Part shown: piece after piece, positions 29,269 through 38,427 of the stretch
Numbering within the stretch: position 1 is the stretch's first letter
Layout of the letters: the number at the start of each line of letters is the position of its first letter
Source of the DNA: Armatimonadota bacterium
GTDB taxonomy: Bacteria; Armatimonadota; UBA5829; DSUL01
Length of the DNA: 64,000 nt
Direction: 5' to 3'
Assembly: GCA_039811685.1 (NCBI GenBank)
Contig: JBDHZC010000003.1
Location: 224,001-288,000 of the forward strand
The notes under the pieces: generated by a model
Told to the model about the DNA's origin: nothing
The model's database searches: none
The model's input: the letters and a program-made list of their open reading frames with translations, nothing else
Made by a program: the position numbers and the translations under genes

Positions 29269-30297
29269 TCAGTCACGATACTTCAAAGCGACAGCCAGCG
29301 TCTCCCCGGGATGCTCCATCACCTGCTCATAGGCTTCAGGCGCTTCATCCACACTGAACTCATGCGTAATCAGGCTCTCAACTTCGACCTGGCGAATGTG
29401 CAACAGCCGGATAAACTCCGCCAGATTCCGGCCCTCACTCCAGCGAACGTAAGGGTAGGGCAGGTCCTCTCCGTCTCTTTCGTAGGAAGGATCGTAGCGT
29501 CCAGGGCCTGCTGCGCGGGAGATCAGCACCTGCGCTTCCTTGCCAAAGAACAGCGATCGATCCAGTTCAATCTGCGCCACTCCCACGACCACGATCCTCC
29601 CGCCAAATCTCAGCATCTTCAACGCCTGGGCTATCGGCTCTGCTGAGTCTGTAGCGACACAAATGACGACTGCATCAGCGCCGTGGCCATCCGTTGAGGC
29701 CAACAACTCATCCACAGATACCTCACCTGGCCGGATTATGCACACCCCTGCTTCGGCCGCTGTGTCAGCGCGCATCTGAAGGAAGTCACACCCAAAAACC
29801 TGCTGCCCGCCCGCCAGAAATATGCGAGCCACTATCTGTCCGAGCACGCCAAGCCCGAGGACAACAACGGTCTCTCCGAGGCGCAGGTCAGCCCTGCGTA
29901 CAGCCTGCATAGCGATACCGCCGAGACCGAGAAACGCCCCGGATCGCAGCGACACATTGTCTGGTAGCTTTACGCATAGATGCTTGCTGATTTTGCTCTT
30001 TGAGGCGTGACCTGCCTGAGCGAAGCTGCTTCCATAAGCTCCTACGCGATCCCCAGTTGATACTGTATCCACACCGGAACCCACAGCTGTTACACAACCG
30101 GAGTTTGTATAGCCCAGCGGCGTCAATCCGGGCTGGTTCGCTGAAGACTTTCGCGCCGCACGAATGCCCATAGTCTCCGTTCCGGTGCTGATGATGGAGA
30201 AAGTCGTGTCGGTCACTATGAACTGGTTTCCAACTTTCGGGTCTTCGGTTTGCCGGACGACTATCTCGCCCCTCTCATTCAAACAAACTTGTTTCAT
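29269..30297 (-). CDS. Medium-chain (Zn-ADH-like) dehydrogenase
   Basis: ISTGTE, PLGY, GLGVLG Rossmann motif, GPGRYDPSYE. Confidence 0.85.
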   Translation of the reverse strand: MKQVCLNERGEIVVRQTEDPKVGNQFIVTDTTFSIISTGTETMGIRAARKSSANQPGLTPLGYTNSGCVTAVGSGVDTVSTGDRVGAYGSSFAQAGHASKSKISKHLCVKLPDNVSLRSGAFLGLGGIAMQAVRRADLRLGETVVVLGLGVLGQIVARIFLAGGQQVFGCDFLQMRADTAAEAGVCIIRPGEVSVDELLASTDGHGADAVVICVATDSAEPIAQALKMLRFGGRIVVVGVAQIELDRSLFFGKEAQVLISRAAGPGRYDPSYERDGEDLPYPYVRWSEGRNLAEFIRLLHIRQVEVESLITHEFSVDEAPEAYEQVMEHPGETLAVALKYRD

Positions 30298-30336
30298 ACG
30301 TCCTGTCCTGTCCGTTGCCTGGTAGCTTTAGAGGAA

Positions 30337-30348
30337 TGAAACGCTTCA
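30337..30348. promoter_or_regulatory. Putative LacI-family operator (copy 1)
   Basis: Near-palindrome TGAAACGCTTCA in a divergent promoter region; 11/12 identical copy at 33743. Confidence 0.5.
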
Positions 30349-30397
30349 CCGCATAACGCCACTTCAGACGCACTCGGGTCACAGGAGAGTTGTTACA

Positions 30398-31069
30398 ATG
30401 CGGGAGTTGATTCCTCTATTGCGGGCCATTGATACGCCGACGCTGGCCAACGCTATCGAACTGCTCGATTTGCGCCATCCCACCACCGGCTTCTCCAGCG
30501 CTGAGCTCAGACATCTCACGCCAGAGCTTGGAGTCATGTGCGGGTTCGCACTCACCGCCGAAGTCGAGACTATGTCCGCAGACCGGGTGCCTCCGAGCCC
30601 TGAAAAATTCCTTGAGCTTTACCGTGCTCTGGAGAGCGCGCCGAAGCCCGCAGTTGTTGTTCTTCGTGAGGTGACAGGATTGCCTCTGTATTCGGCGCAT
30701 GCAGGCGAAGTAATGAGTACGGTCTTCAAACGCCTCGGAGCCGACGGTCTCGTGAGTGACTCCGCAGTGAGAGACCTGCCGGAGGTGCGGGCGTTGGGTT
30801 TTCACTACTTTGCCCGCGGGACCGTAGCAAGCCACGGCAACTTCCGAATTGTGCGCATTGGGTCTCCCGTCACTGTCTGCGGTCTGCAGATTTCTCCAGG
30901 GGATCTGCTGCACGGAGATGTAAACGGTCTGATACAGGTGCCACAGAACGGTAGAGAGCGCCTGCCTGGCCTGGCAAGAGAAGTGCGCGAGCGTGAGCAG
31001 CGGCTTCTCAACTGGGTGCGTAGTGAGGATTTTCAGATGACTAAGCTGCTGGACCGGATGACGCACTAA
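30398..31069 (+). CDS. RraA-family protein (HMG/CHA aldolase-like)
   Basis: DTPTLANAIE, GEVMS, DSAVRDLPEV, PGDLLHGDVNG. Confidence 0.88.
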   Translation: MRELIPLLRAIDTPTLANAIELLDLRHPTTGFSSAELRHLTPELGVMCGFALTAEVETMSADRVPPSPEKFLELYRALESAPKPAVVVLREVTGLPLYSAHAGEVMSTVFKRLGADGLVSDSAVRDLPEVRALGFHYFARGTVASHGNFRIVRIGSPVTVCGLQISPGDLLHGDVNGLIQVPQNGRERLPGLAREVREREQRLLNWVRSEDFQMTKLLDRMTH

Positions 31070-31133
31070 CCGTCCCGAATCCTGATTTCCGGACTATTTT
31101 TGTTCGCTGTTGCTTTCTCCGGAAGATGTCACT

Positions 31134-33467
31134 CTACTGCGCTCCCGCTATGAGCGCCAGGCGGCCTTGAAGTCCGGCGGCCGTCTGCGCTGGCGCCAAG
31201 CCCGTGTGAATCCTCACTGCGATCTCGTTCTCGCCTTGCTTCAGCAAGTCTGTCACATCAAGGCGCATCTCTGCGGGGCGTTCGTAGGCGTCTTTGTACG
31301 GGCGGTGTCCCGCGTATTGGCCGTTTACCCACACCCATCCCTCTGTCTCAAGCACCGGTGCGTACAGGTAAACCCGGCGTCCTGCTGGCAGCTCCGGGAC
31401 TGTGACCTTCGTGCGATACCACAGCGCGCCTGTATACGGAAAGCCTCGTGAATCCAGATAGCCCTGAAGATAGAATGGTGACGTTGTAGAAACAGGCCGC
31501 CAGCCGCGCTCAGAGATTTCGGATTTGTACCACTCCTGAATCAGCCCGTCGTCGCGCTCATCTGTGCGCAATAGCGCTTTCTCGGGCAAATAAGCGACGA
31601 CTGGTCCTGCTTTTCCGGACATAGCATCTGCCATGTCCTCGTAGTATTTCAGGCGATCCGGCAGTCCCCAGTAGGCGTACGGACTTTCTTGTTCCGGCAT
31701 GAGCAGTCCGTTGATTGCGTTCAATTCTTTGCGCAGTGCCAGCATCCTGCGCGCACCGTCGGCTGCCTTTCGAAAATCACACAGAGCTTCAGATCTGCAC
31801 ATTGTCATGTAGGCTTTGAGATGCTCGTAAATCAGTCTGTCCACCCTCACGTGCAACTGGTCACGCTCAGTGTCAGCGAGCCGCTCAGCGCGTCCGAGGC
31901 TTACAGCCAACGCGCGCATCAATGACGGAGTATAGACTTCAGGGAGCACTCTGTCTTCGTGGCCGTGCACGTCCGTCTTTTCCAGAGCAGCCTCCAGCGT
32001 ATCGTAGAAACTGCGCCCTGCTGGGGCCGCCTTGCCGTACCAGTTCTCATAAAAATCGTCGCATACAGCGTCCACGTCTGCGCTGGCGTTCCATTCCAGT
32101 TTTGCACGCACGTAGCGGCTGAGTACTCCCGGCTCAGCCCAGACACTCCTTGCTTCGTCGTGGAATCCGATGAGGCCGGCTTTCTTGAGAAAAGGAATAT
32201 CGCGTTTGAGTTTGCGAACCTCGGGAACCGGAGTGAGAGCAGATGCCAGCATGTTGTCGATGTAGCCGTACAGCCACACATTGTCGCTGAGTGCGCACCA
32301 CTGCCGGATCATCTCTCCCATTCGTTCCTTCTGCCAGCAGTGAGGGTCATCGAAGGCGTGGATCGTGCAGCTCCAGATAGCCGCAAACATGATGACTTCG
32401 TGATCGTTCAGTTTGACTCCGCGGGGCGGGAGAGTTCTGTTTGCATAGCCGTTGGTAGCGATGTAGACGTCTGGGAACTCTGAGCGAACCTCTTCTATCA
32501 CTCTGTTTACGAACTGAAACCACTCTTCGCTGATGCTGACTTCGGAAGGCACGCCTGGCCGTCCGATCGGGTCTGTAAATCCTTGATTCAGTTTGCGTGC
32601 CTGCGGACCCCAGTCACGTGGCATTCCGTCATCCGGAGCAAAAGCGAAGGATGTCCGCCCCGGATGCTGTCTGAAATAGTCTTTGATCTTCTCCGCCACA
32701 GCTCTTGCCGCATCGGGGTTGGTGAGGCTTGGCATGTGGAAGTTCAGAGAGCCGTCCTGATTCTCAGCAAACAGCTCCGGGTGCGCTTTTGCTTCATCGC
32801 CTTCAGGCAGCAGGTCCCTTATGCTGGAGTCGGTGGGAATCTTGAAGATGTCGTCGGGATTCATCTTGTTGCGGATTTTCCATCGCTTTTCCTGCTCTGT
32901 GTATTTGGGCGGCGTGTGGCACCACCAGTTGCGCATGACAAAGTCCGGCCGTTCAACAATTGCCGTCGGTTCGAAAGAGACGCTGCGGTGTCTGGGTATG
33001 TACTCTCCAAACTCTCCAGGTGCGTACCAGCGCACGCCCAGCCTGTTCAGAAACTCATAAACCGCGTACTCCGTGCCGTGATAGGGGTCCGCGTCATTTC
33101 CCGCCAACACGAGGCGCTCGGGCGTGCAGAAGATGACAAAGCCCTCCTCGCGCCTGGCCGAAGTGACTCCGGATGGAATCCGGCTATCCCATGCCAGTGT
33201 AGCCTTGCTCCTGCCAACCAGAATTGCGCTTCCAGACAATGGCTGGTTGTCCTCCACAATCGGAAGCTTCGCTCCTGACATGGCTTCGATACAACGCTGC
33301 AGATCGGCGGCGGCCTCTCCGGTTTTCTCGCTCCTGACATCTGCGACGACGATAGTTGTCGCCGGGCTTCCATCTCGCACAACAACAAAGGGCTGAGCTG
33401 CAGCGCGTGCGCCCAGGCCGGCAGACAGAACGATGAGAATAGTTCGCAGAGTCTTGTAATATCGCAT
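31134..33467 (-). CDS. Exported DUF4838-like protein (GH-like N-domain, C-terminal sugar-binding domain)
   Basis: Signal peptide; ISGAKLPI-like segment, GTEYAVYEFLNRLGVRWY, HPELFA; C-terminal YTGALWYR..VWVNGQ..GENEIAVRI. Confidence 0.75.
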   Translation of the reverse strand: MRYYKTLRTILIVLSAGLGARAAAQPFVVVRDGSPATTIVVADVRSEKTGEAAADLQRCIEAMSGAKLPIVEDNQPLSGSAILVGRSKATLAWDSRIPSGVTSARREEGFVIFCTPERLVLAGNDADPYHGTEYAVYEFLNRLGVRWYAPGEFGEYIPRHRSVSFEPTAIVERPDFVMRNWWCHTPPKYTEQEKRWKIRNKMNPDDIFKIPTDSSIRDLLPEGDEAKAHPELFAENQDGSLNFHMPSLTNPDAARAVAEKIKDYFRQHPGRTSFAFAPDDGMPRDWGPQARKLNQGFTDPIGRPGVPSEVSISEEWFQFVNRVIEEVRSEFPDVYIATNGYANRTLPPRGVKLNDHEVIMFAAIWSCTIHAFDDPHCWQKERMGEMIRQWCALSDNVWLYGYIDNMLASALTPVPEVRKLKRDIPFLKKAGLIGFHDEARSVWAEPGVLSRYVRAKLEWNASADVDAVCDDFYENWYGKAAPAGRSFYDTLEAALEKTDVHGHEDRVLPEVYTPSLMRALAVSLGRAERLADTERDQLHVRVDRLIYEHLKAYMTMCRSEALCDFRKAADGARRMLALRKELNAINGLLMPEQESPYAYWGLPDRLKYYEDMADAMSGKAGPVVAYLPEKALLRTDERDDGLIQEWYKSEISERGWRPVSTTSPFYLQGYLDSRGFPYTGALWYRTKVTVPELPAGRRVYLYAPVLETEGWVWVNGQYAGHRPYKDAYERPAEMRLDVTDLLKQGENEIAVRIHTGLAPAQTAAGLQGRLALIAGAQ

Positions 33468-33742
33468 GTGGTTTCCTGTTGTCGTCGATTGCCAGAGGAA
33501 GTGTTGGTGACAATCCCATGTGCGTCCTCTCTTTGTCATACTTCTCTCAAATGCCGGTAGAAATGCTGTTTTTTCGCAGGCTGCCTGGCCTTTGACCTTG
33601 ACACACGAGTGTATTTGATAGACCATGACAGAGCAGTACGTATGGGCAGCGTCACGAACAACCGAGCGCTCCATCGCGCTGCGCCGCGCCAGCGTTGAGC
33701 CAGAACCAGTCTCTCTATTGCAGAGCTTGCTCAGCCATTTGG

Positions 33743-33754
33743 TGAAACGCTTCG
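33743..33754. promoter_or_regulatory. Putative LacI-family operator (copy 2)
   Basis: TGAAACGCTTCG between the divergent DUF4838-like and PEP-CTERM genes. Confidence 0.45.
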
Positions 33755-33830
33755 CTACAACTCAACTTGGGCATTATAGCCTGAAATTCTGAGATAACCG
33801 GCCATCGTCGGCCAAATGACGAAGGAGAAG

Positions 33831-34700
33831 ATGAGAATGAACAGAGCAGTTTATGCCTGCATCGCAGCCTGTGCGCTGGCTGTTGTGCCGGTGCTGTCTC
33901 ATGCCGCGCCGGTATTTGGCACGATCAATAGTTCCAGCTCTCTGCCACCTGCAGGGTGGAGTGAGTACGGCGCGAGTGGAAATCCGAGCCCGGGCGTTAT
34001 TGCCAATCCTGACTATACGAAGCCCGGAGAAAGCAGCTCCAGTGAGGGCGCGATGTCCTATCTGGGCGAGGATGTTCTGAGCATCGAGCGCGCCAAAACA
34101 AAGGGTCCACACGGGTATCAGCAGTCGCTCTATGACCCTGATACCAACACCAACTATACTCACGTGACCCTTGAGTCAGAGTTTCGCGTCCGCTTCACCA
34201 ACAACACGGTGGGGAACCGGGGCGATGCCATTCTGGAGCTCGGTGTGCTTGGCGGCCCGACACTTGCCATTACCGCCAATGACAAAGACTATCCGTCCAT
34301 TGCCGACCATTACTGGTTCCGCCTGATTCAATACAGCACCAGTGCCGGTGTTGTCTCGACTCAGGAGATTATGCCTTTCCCACTCGTACCCGGAAGCACT
34401 CCGACTTCTGGCGAAAGCTACCAGGAGTCCAACTTTCATAGTGCAAAAATTGAGCTGAATGGCCCCCATGCGCTCGTATGGTGGGATGGCACGCTCATTC
34501 TGGACAGGGTTTTCACCGAGGGTCTGAACACTGCCGGTGGAAACGTCGCCTTTGGCGTAGGAACGCCCGTCAACAACGTGGGTGGCGCCAACGGCACAAA
34601 CTACTTCCGCAGTGTCACTCTGGTTCCTGAGCCGGGCAGTATGCTCACGCTGGGTGCAGGGGTGCTGGGCCTTTTGAGCGCACTGCGACGCAGACGCTGA
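33831..34700 (+). CDS. PEP-CTERM sorted surface protein with beta-rich domain
   Basis: Signal peptide; C-terminal VPEPGS, TM and RRRR; SD AAGGAG. Confidence 0.93.
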   Translation: MRMNRAVYACIAACALAVVPVLSHAAPVFGTINSSSSLPPAGWSEYGASGNPSPGVIANPDYTKPGESSSSEGAMSYLGEDVLSIERAKTKGPHGYQQSLYDPDTNTNYTHVTLESEFRVRFTNNTVGNRGDAILELGVLGGPTLAITANDKDYPSIADHYWFRLIQYSTSAGVVSTQEIMPFPLVPGSTPTSGESYQESNFHSAKIELNGPHALVWWDGTLILDRVFTEGLNTAGGNVAFGVGTPVNNVGGANGTNYFRSVTLVPEPGSMLTLGAGVLGLLSALRRRR

Positions 34701-34726
34701 CTCAAGAGAACAATGTTCAACAATGC

Positions 34727-34768
34727 AGGAGGGAGCGCTGGGCAAATGCTGCCTCCCTCCCGCTTTCT
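34727..34768 (+). terminator. Hairpin or terminator after the PEP-CTERM gene
   Basis: GGAGGGAG...CTCCCTCC inverted repeat followed by GCTTTCT. Confidence 0.5.
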
Positions 34769-34838
34769 GATCTTTTTATCTCACGCGTCCGCAGCGGATC
34801 TGAGCGCTGAGTCGACCGTTGAACTCGGAGAAGATTGA

Positions 34839-36266
34839 ATGAATAAGCTGTTTGTGGCTGTTGGCTGTACGGTTCTGATTTGCGCTGGGCCACGTCTCGG
34901 TTTTGCTGCGTGCGACCCGTGCCCTGACCCACAGATCCCCTACGGATTGACGGACGGCTCGACACTACCTGGCTGTCCGCTATGGAATCACTTGATCAAC
35001 TGCTATGGGCCCACGATCAACTTTGTCCGGATTGACGACCTCGGTGACGGCAACAAAGGCATCTTTATGCACAAGGACGACGACAACCGTCATCCGGGTC
35101 ACAGTCCTGTCAATGAGTATCGAGGTGAGCTTCTAGACGCAACAGAGTTGACGGCTTCCGCGCGATTCAGGGTGGACTACTGCAACAACCAGGCTATCTA
35201 CAAGGCCGGTGGAACCGGTGACGGCATGTTTCTTCTGCAGGTGAAATCCGGACTCTTTATTGACCTCGCAGACAAGGACTACTACAAAGGCCGGCCGGAT
35301 CACTACTGGTTCCGCCTCTATACTGTCACAGGGGCTGACAAGGACCACGTTGCTGACATTCAAGAGATTGATTTCAACGCGCAGCAGAAGTCGGGCTGGC
35401 ACACGATTCACGTCTACGTCAACTCTGGTACGTACATGGGACAAGTATTCTGGGATGGACTGGAGATATTCAACGGGCCGCTTCCCAGATCGGCCAGCGA
35501 GCTCAAGAGCCTTGAGTTCGGCCCGGCGCTGGTAGGTTTCAATGTCGGTGGCGCCATCAACGATACGACATGGGACTGGGTGAAGCTGGAGCAGGGCAAC
35601 ACTCTTGCTTTTGTGCCAGAAGCTGCGAGTATCGCATCAGCCAAGACCAGGCCAGACTTTACCTATCTGGCTTTGAACAATGTCGTTGTCAGCCGCGTCG
35701 GGTTTGACGGTTTCTGGGTTCAGCAGCAAGATCGCGCAGCAGGCATTCACGTGGTGACCAATCTCGAACACACAATGCCTGGAATCAGTGCCTCTGAAAA
35801 TCAGGTGGTCAATTTGGTCGGCACAGTACGTACACAGGGGTTGGAGCGCGTTTTTGTCGCCGACAGCATAGCGACCGTTGGGTCCGAGACTCCGGTTCCA
35901 CTCGGCACAAAGAATATCTCGGTTGGTGGTGAGAAAGTCGGCGGTGGAAACGGGCTTCCCGACGATGGCTTGCTTGTCAAGGTCTGGGGACGAATTACAG
36001 GGTATGACTTTATCTATTCCGGACCAGACGGCAATCCGGCCCCGTTTATCTACATTGATGACGGCTCTGGGGCAACCAACGATAGCCCGCTTGGGCTGGT
36101 GACTTCTCAGGTGCCGGGTCTGAAAGTCCTGACAGATCAGTTCCCATCCGGCCAACCGCAGTTCGCAACGGTCACGGGAATTGTTCGGCTTATGCCAGGT
36201 CCAAATAACACTGTGATGAGAGTCATTGATCTTTCCACAGTTGACTTCACAGATATCCCGCAATAG
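34839..36266 (+). CDS. Exported protein: paralogue of the PEP-CTERM cargo domain plus a C-terminal GLLVxVWG/YIDDG domain
   Basis: Signal peptide; shares DKDY..DHYWFRL, WDG and FG...NVGGA with 33831; C-terminus similar to the 38428-39195 protein. Confidence 0.8.
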   Translation: MNKLFVAVGCTVLICAGPRLGFAACDPCPDPQIPYGLTDGSTLPGCPLWNHLINCYGPTINFVRIDDLGDGNKGIFMHKDDDNRHPGHSPVNEYRGELLDATELTASARFRVDYCNNQAIYKAGGTGDGMFLLQVKSGLFIDLADKDYYKGRPDHYWFRLYTVTGADKDHVADIQEIDFNAQQKSGWHTIHVYVNSGTYMGQVFWDGLEIFNGPLPRSASELKSLEFGPALVGFNVGGAINDTTWDWVKLEQGNTLAFVPEAASIASAKTRPDFTYLALNNVVVSRVGFDGFWVQQQDRAAGIHVVTNLEHTMPGISASENQVVNLVGTVRTQGLERVFVADSIATVGSETPVPLGTKNISVGGEKVGGGNGLPDDGLLVKVWGRITGYDFIYSGPDGNPAPFIYIDDGSGATNDSPLGLVTSQVPGLKVLTDQFPSGQPQFATVTGIVRLMPGPNNTVMRVIDLSTVDFTDIPQ

Positions 36267-36333
36267 CGCTATCTCAAAATGAGGCAGCCAGAACGAACCC
36301 TGGCTGCCTCTCACTCTTCGGGATGCCTAGCCG

Positions 36334-37131
36334 ATGAAGAACTGGATTTCTGGAGATTCTGCAAACAAGGGGACTTGCAGGCGCGGCTCCGTGCGGGACA
36401 GGCGTGTTCCTTCGGTAGCCGACGACTTTCGGGGTCCTTATCTGCGCCGCTGCGGATTCACCTTGATTGAGCTTCTTGTGGTCATCGCGATCATCGCTAT
36501 TCTCGCGGCTATTCTCTTTCCGGTCTTTGCTCAGGCGCGTGCCCGCGCCAAGACTGCGAAATGCCAGTCACATCAAAAACAGCTTGTCGCAGCTCTGCTG
36601 ATGTACACAGATGACTACAATGGCCGCCTGCCGTGGATGAAGTTTCTCACCTACACCAACTACCGGATGCCGGACGGCTCAACTGTCCTGCTGCATCTCT
36701 ATGACCCGTACGTGAAGAATGACAACATCATCCTGTGTCCGTCGAAGATGGCCTACGCCTACAACGAATGCCTCATCAGCCCGCTCAGCAACAGTACGTA
36801 CGCCGGTACCGAGGCCTTCCGCTGGTCGTCGTTTCCCGGAACTGGCCGGGCTATGGGCGATATCGTTTCTCCTGCCGCCACTCCTGCGTTTATGGACGGT
36901 TTTCGCTACGAGAAAGACCCTTCCGGTCATCCGAATGGCTGGGGTTGGGAACCAGTGGACGGACTGAACAAAGACCGGATGATTAACCTGCACAACGACG
37001 GCGCCAACTATGCTTTTCTGGACGGGCATGTACGCTGGTTGAAGCCCGCAGGCAACGGCGTTTATGTTGCGGTGGAGGGAATTGATTATGACGGCAACGG
37101 TTCTACAGGCAGCGGACTCATTCTGCGCTAG
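36334..37131 (+). CDS. Prepilin-type N-methylation domain protein with C-terminal H-X9-DG motif (DUF1559-like)
   Basis: [47 protein letters not shown]; start codon uncertain. Confidence 0.92.
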   Translation: MKNWISGDSANKGTCRRGSVRDRRVPSVADDFRGPYLRRCGFTLIELLVVIAIIAILAAILFPVFAQARARAKTAKCQSHQKQLVAALLMYTDDYNGRLPWMKFLTYTNYRMPDGSTVLLHLYDPYVKNDNIILCPSKMAYAYNECLISPLSNSTYAGTEAFRWSSFPGTGRAMGDIVSPAATPAFMDGFRYEKDPSGHPNGWGWEPVDGLNKDRMINLHNDGANYAFLDGHVRWLKPAGNGVYVAVEGIDYDGNGSTGSGLILR

Positions 37132-37159
37132 TCCGGGCAGATTCCAAACCCGTACATGC

Positions 37160-37295
37160 GAAGAGCCTTCCCTGTTTACCAGAGAAGGCTCTCACAGTCC
37201 GCAGATTTAACGGCTGCGGATGCCCGTCAGAAAGGAGAAGGATGAAACGTCATTGCTCTTCGCTGTGCTGCAGTGGTGTGCCCTCACCCCTACAT
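37160..37295 (-). ncRNA. Candidate small RNA B (anti-SD seed); alternatively a plus-strand 20-aa peptide at 37242-37304
   Basis: Minus strand: GGAAC-N17-CGTCAA promoter, seed TTTCATCCTTCTCCTTTCTG, then hairpins 37198-37220 and 37162-37192. Confidence 0.4.
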
Positions 37296-37300
37296 ATATC

Positions 37301-37328
37301 TTGACGCCTCACCGCCCCAAATCGTTCC
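37301..37328 (-). promoter_or_regulatory. ECF sigma-type promoter
   Basis: GGAAC-N17-CGTCAA on the minus strand. Confidence 0.45.
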
Positions 37329-37458
37329 TTCAATCTGACAATAAATAATTTCCGACGCCAGCGCAGACTCTTTCCGCTCCAAAATTCCTGCTCAGAGAAC
37401 GCCAATCTCTATCCTCGGCGGGTATCATCTGCATGCTCAAAGCTAAGGAGGCCCTCAG

Positions 37459-38418
37459 ATGAAAGCCATACGTGTCACCCAGTTCGGGGATCCGGAAGTT
37501 CTTCAACTCACGGAGGTCCCGGACCCTGTCCCCGGTTCCGGCCAGGTTGTAGTCCAGATCAAAGCTGCCGGTATCAACCCAGTTGACACCTACATCCGCT
37601 CAGGAGCCTACGGAGAGCGCCCGTTGCCGTACACTCCCGGATCAGATGGAGCGGGGACTGTAGAGTCGGTAGGCGAAGGCGTGAGTGGCATTCAGCCAGG
37701 AGACCGGGTTTACACCGCAGGATCTCTGAGTGGGACTTATGCTGAGAAAGCCCTCTGCGATGCCTCACAGATTCATCCTCTTCCTTCAAACATAAGCTTC
37801 TCTCAGGGAGCGGGCGTTTTTGTGCCTTTCGCTACCGCCCATTACGCACTCTACCACCGGGCAAAGGGTCTGCCTGGTGAATCCGTACTGGTGCATGGCG
37901 CAACAGGTGGCGTGGGGACAGCCGCTGTCCAGATTGCGCATGCCGGCGGTTTTGTTGTTTTTGGCACCGGCGGCACTGAGAGGGGGCGTGAACTGGTCGC
38001 GGAACAGGGCGCGGACTTTGTTCTGGACCATCACGCAGATGGTTATCTGGATGAAGCTGTCGCTTTGAACGGTGGTAAAGGTTTCGATGTCATCCTTGAG
38101 ATGTTGGCCAACGTCAACCTCGAGCGCGATCTCGAGCACCTGGCTGACAACGGGCGCGTCGCCGTAATCGGTAACCGGGGGACTGTTGAGATTGACCCGC
38201 GTCAGGCAATGCGCCGGGATGCTTCTATTCTGGGCGTTCTTCTTATGAACGCTGACGAAAAAACGGCTGCAGGCATCCACGCAGCGCTTTTCGCCGGATT
38301 GTCAAATGGCGCTCTGAAGCCCATTGTCGGCAGAGAGCTTCCGCTTTCTGCGGCCGCCCAGGGGCATGCGGACGTCATGGCTGCCGGGGCCTACGGGAAA
38401 ATCGTGCTGATTCCCTGA
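37459..38418 (+). CDS. NADPH:quinone reductase (zeta-crystallin-like MDR)
   Basis: GINPVDTYIRSG, PYTPGSDGAG, HGATGGVG, GKIVL. Confidence 0.93.
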   Translation: MKAIRVTQFGDPEVLQLTEVPDPVPGSGQVVVQIKAAGINPVDTYIRSGAYGERPLPYTPGSDGAGTVESVGEGVSGIQPGDRVYTAGSLSGTYAEKALCDASQIHPLPSNISFSQGAGVFVPFATAHYALYHRAKGLPGESVLVHGATGGVGTAAVQIAHAGGFVVFGTGGTERGRELVAEQGADFVLDHHADGYLDEAVALNGGKGFDVILEMLANVNLERDLEHLADNGRVAVIGNRGTVEIDPRQAMRRDASILGVLLMNADEKTAAGIHAALFAGLSNGALKPIVGRELPLSAAAQGHADVMAAGAYGKIVLIP

Positions 38419-38427
38419 ATCCATCAC

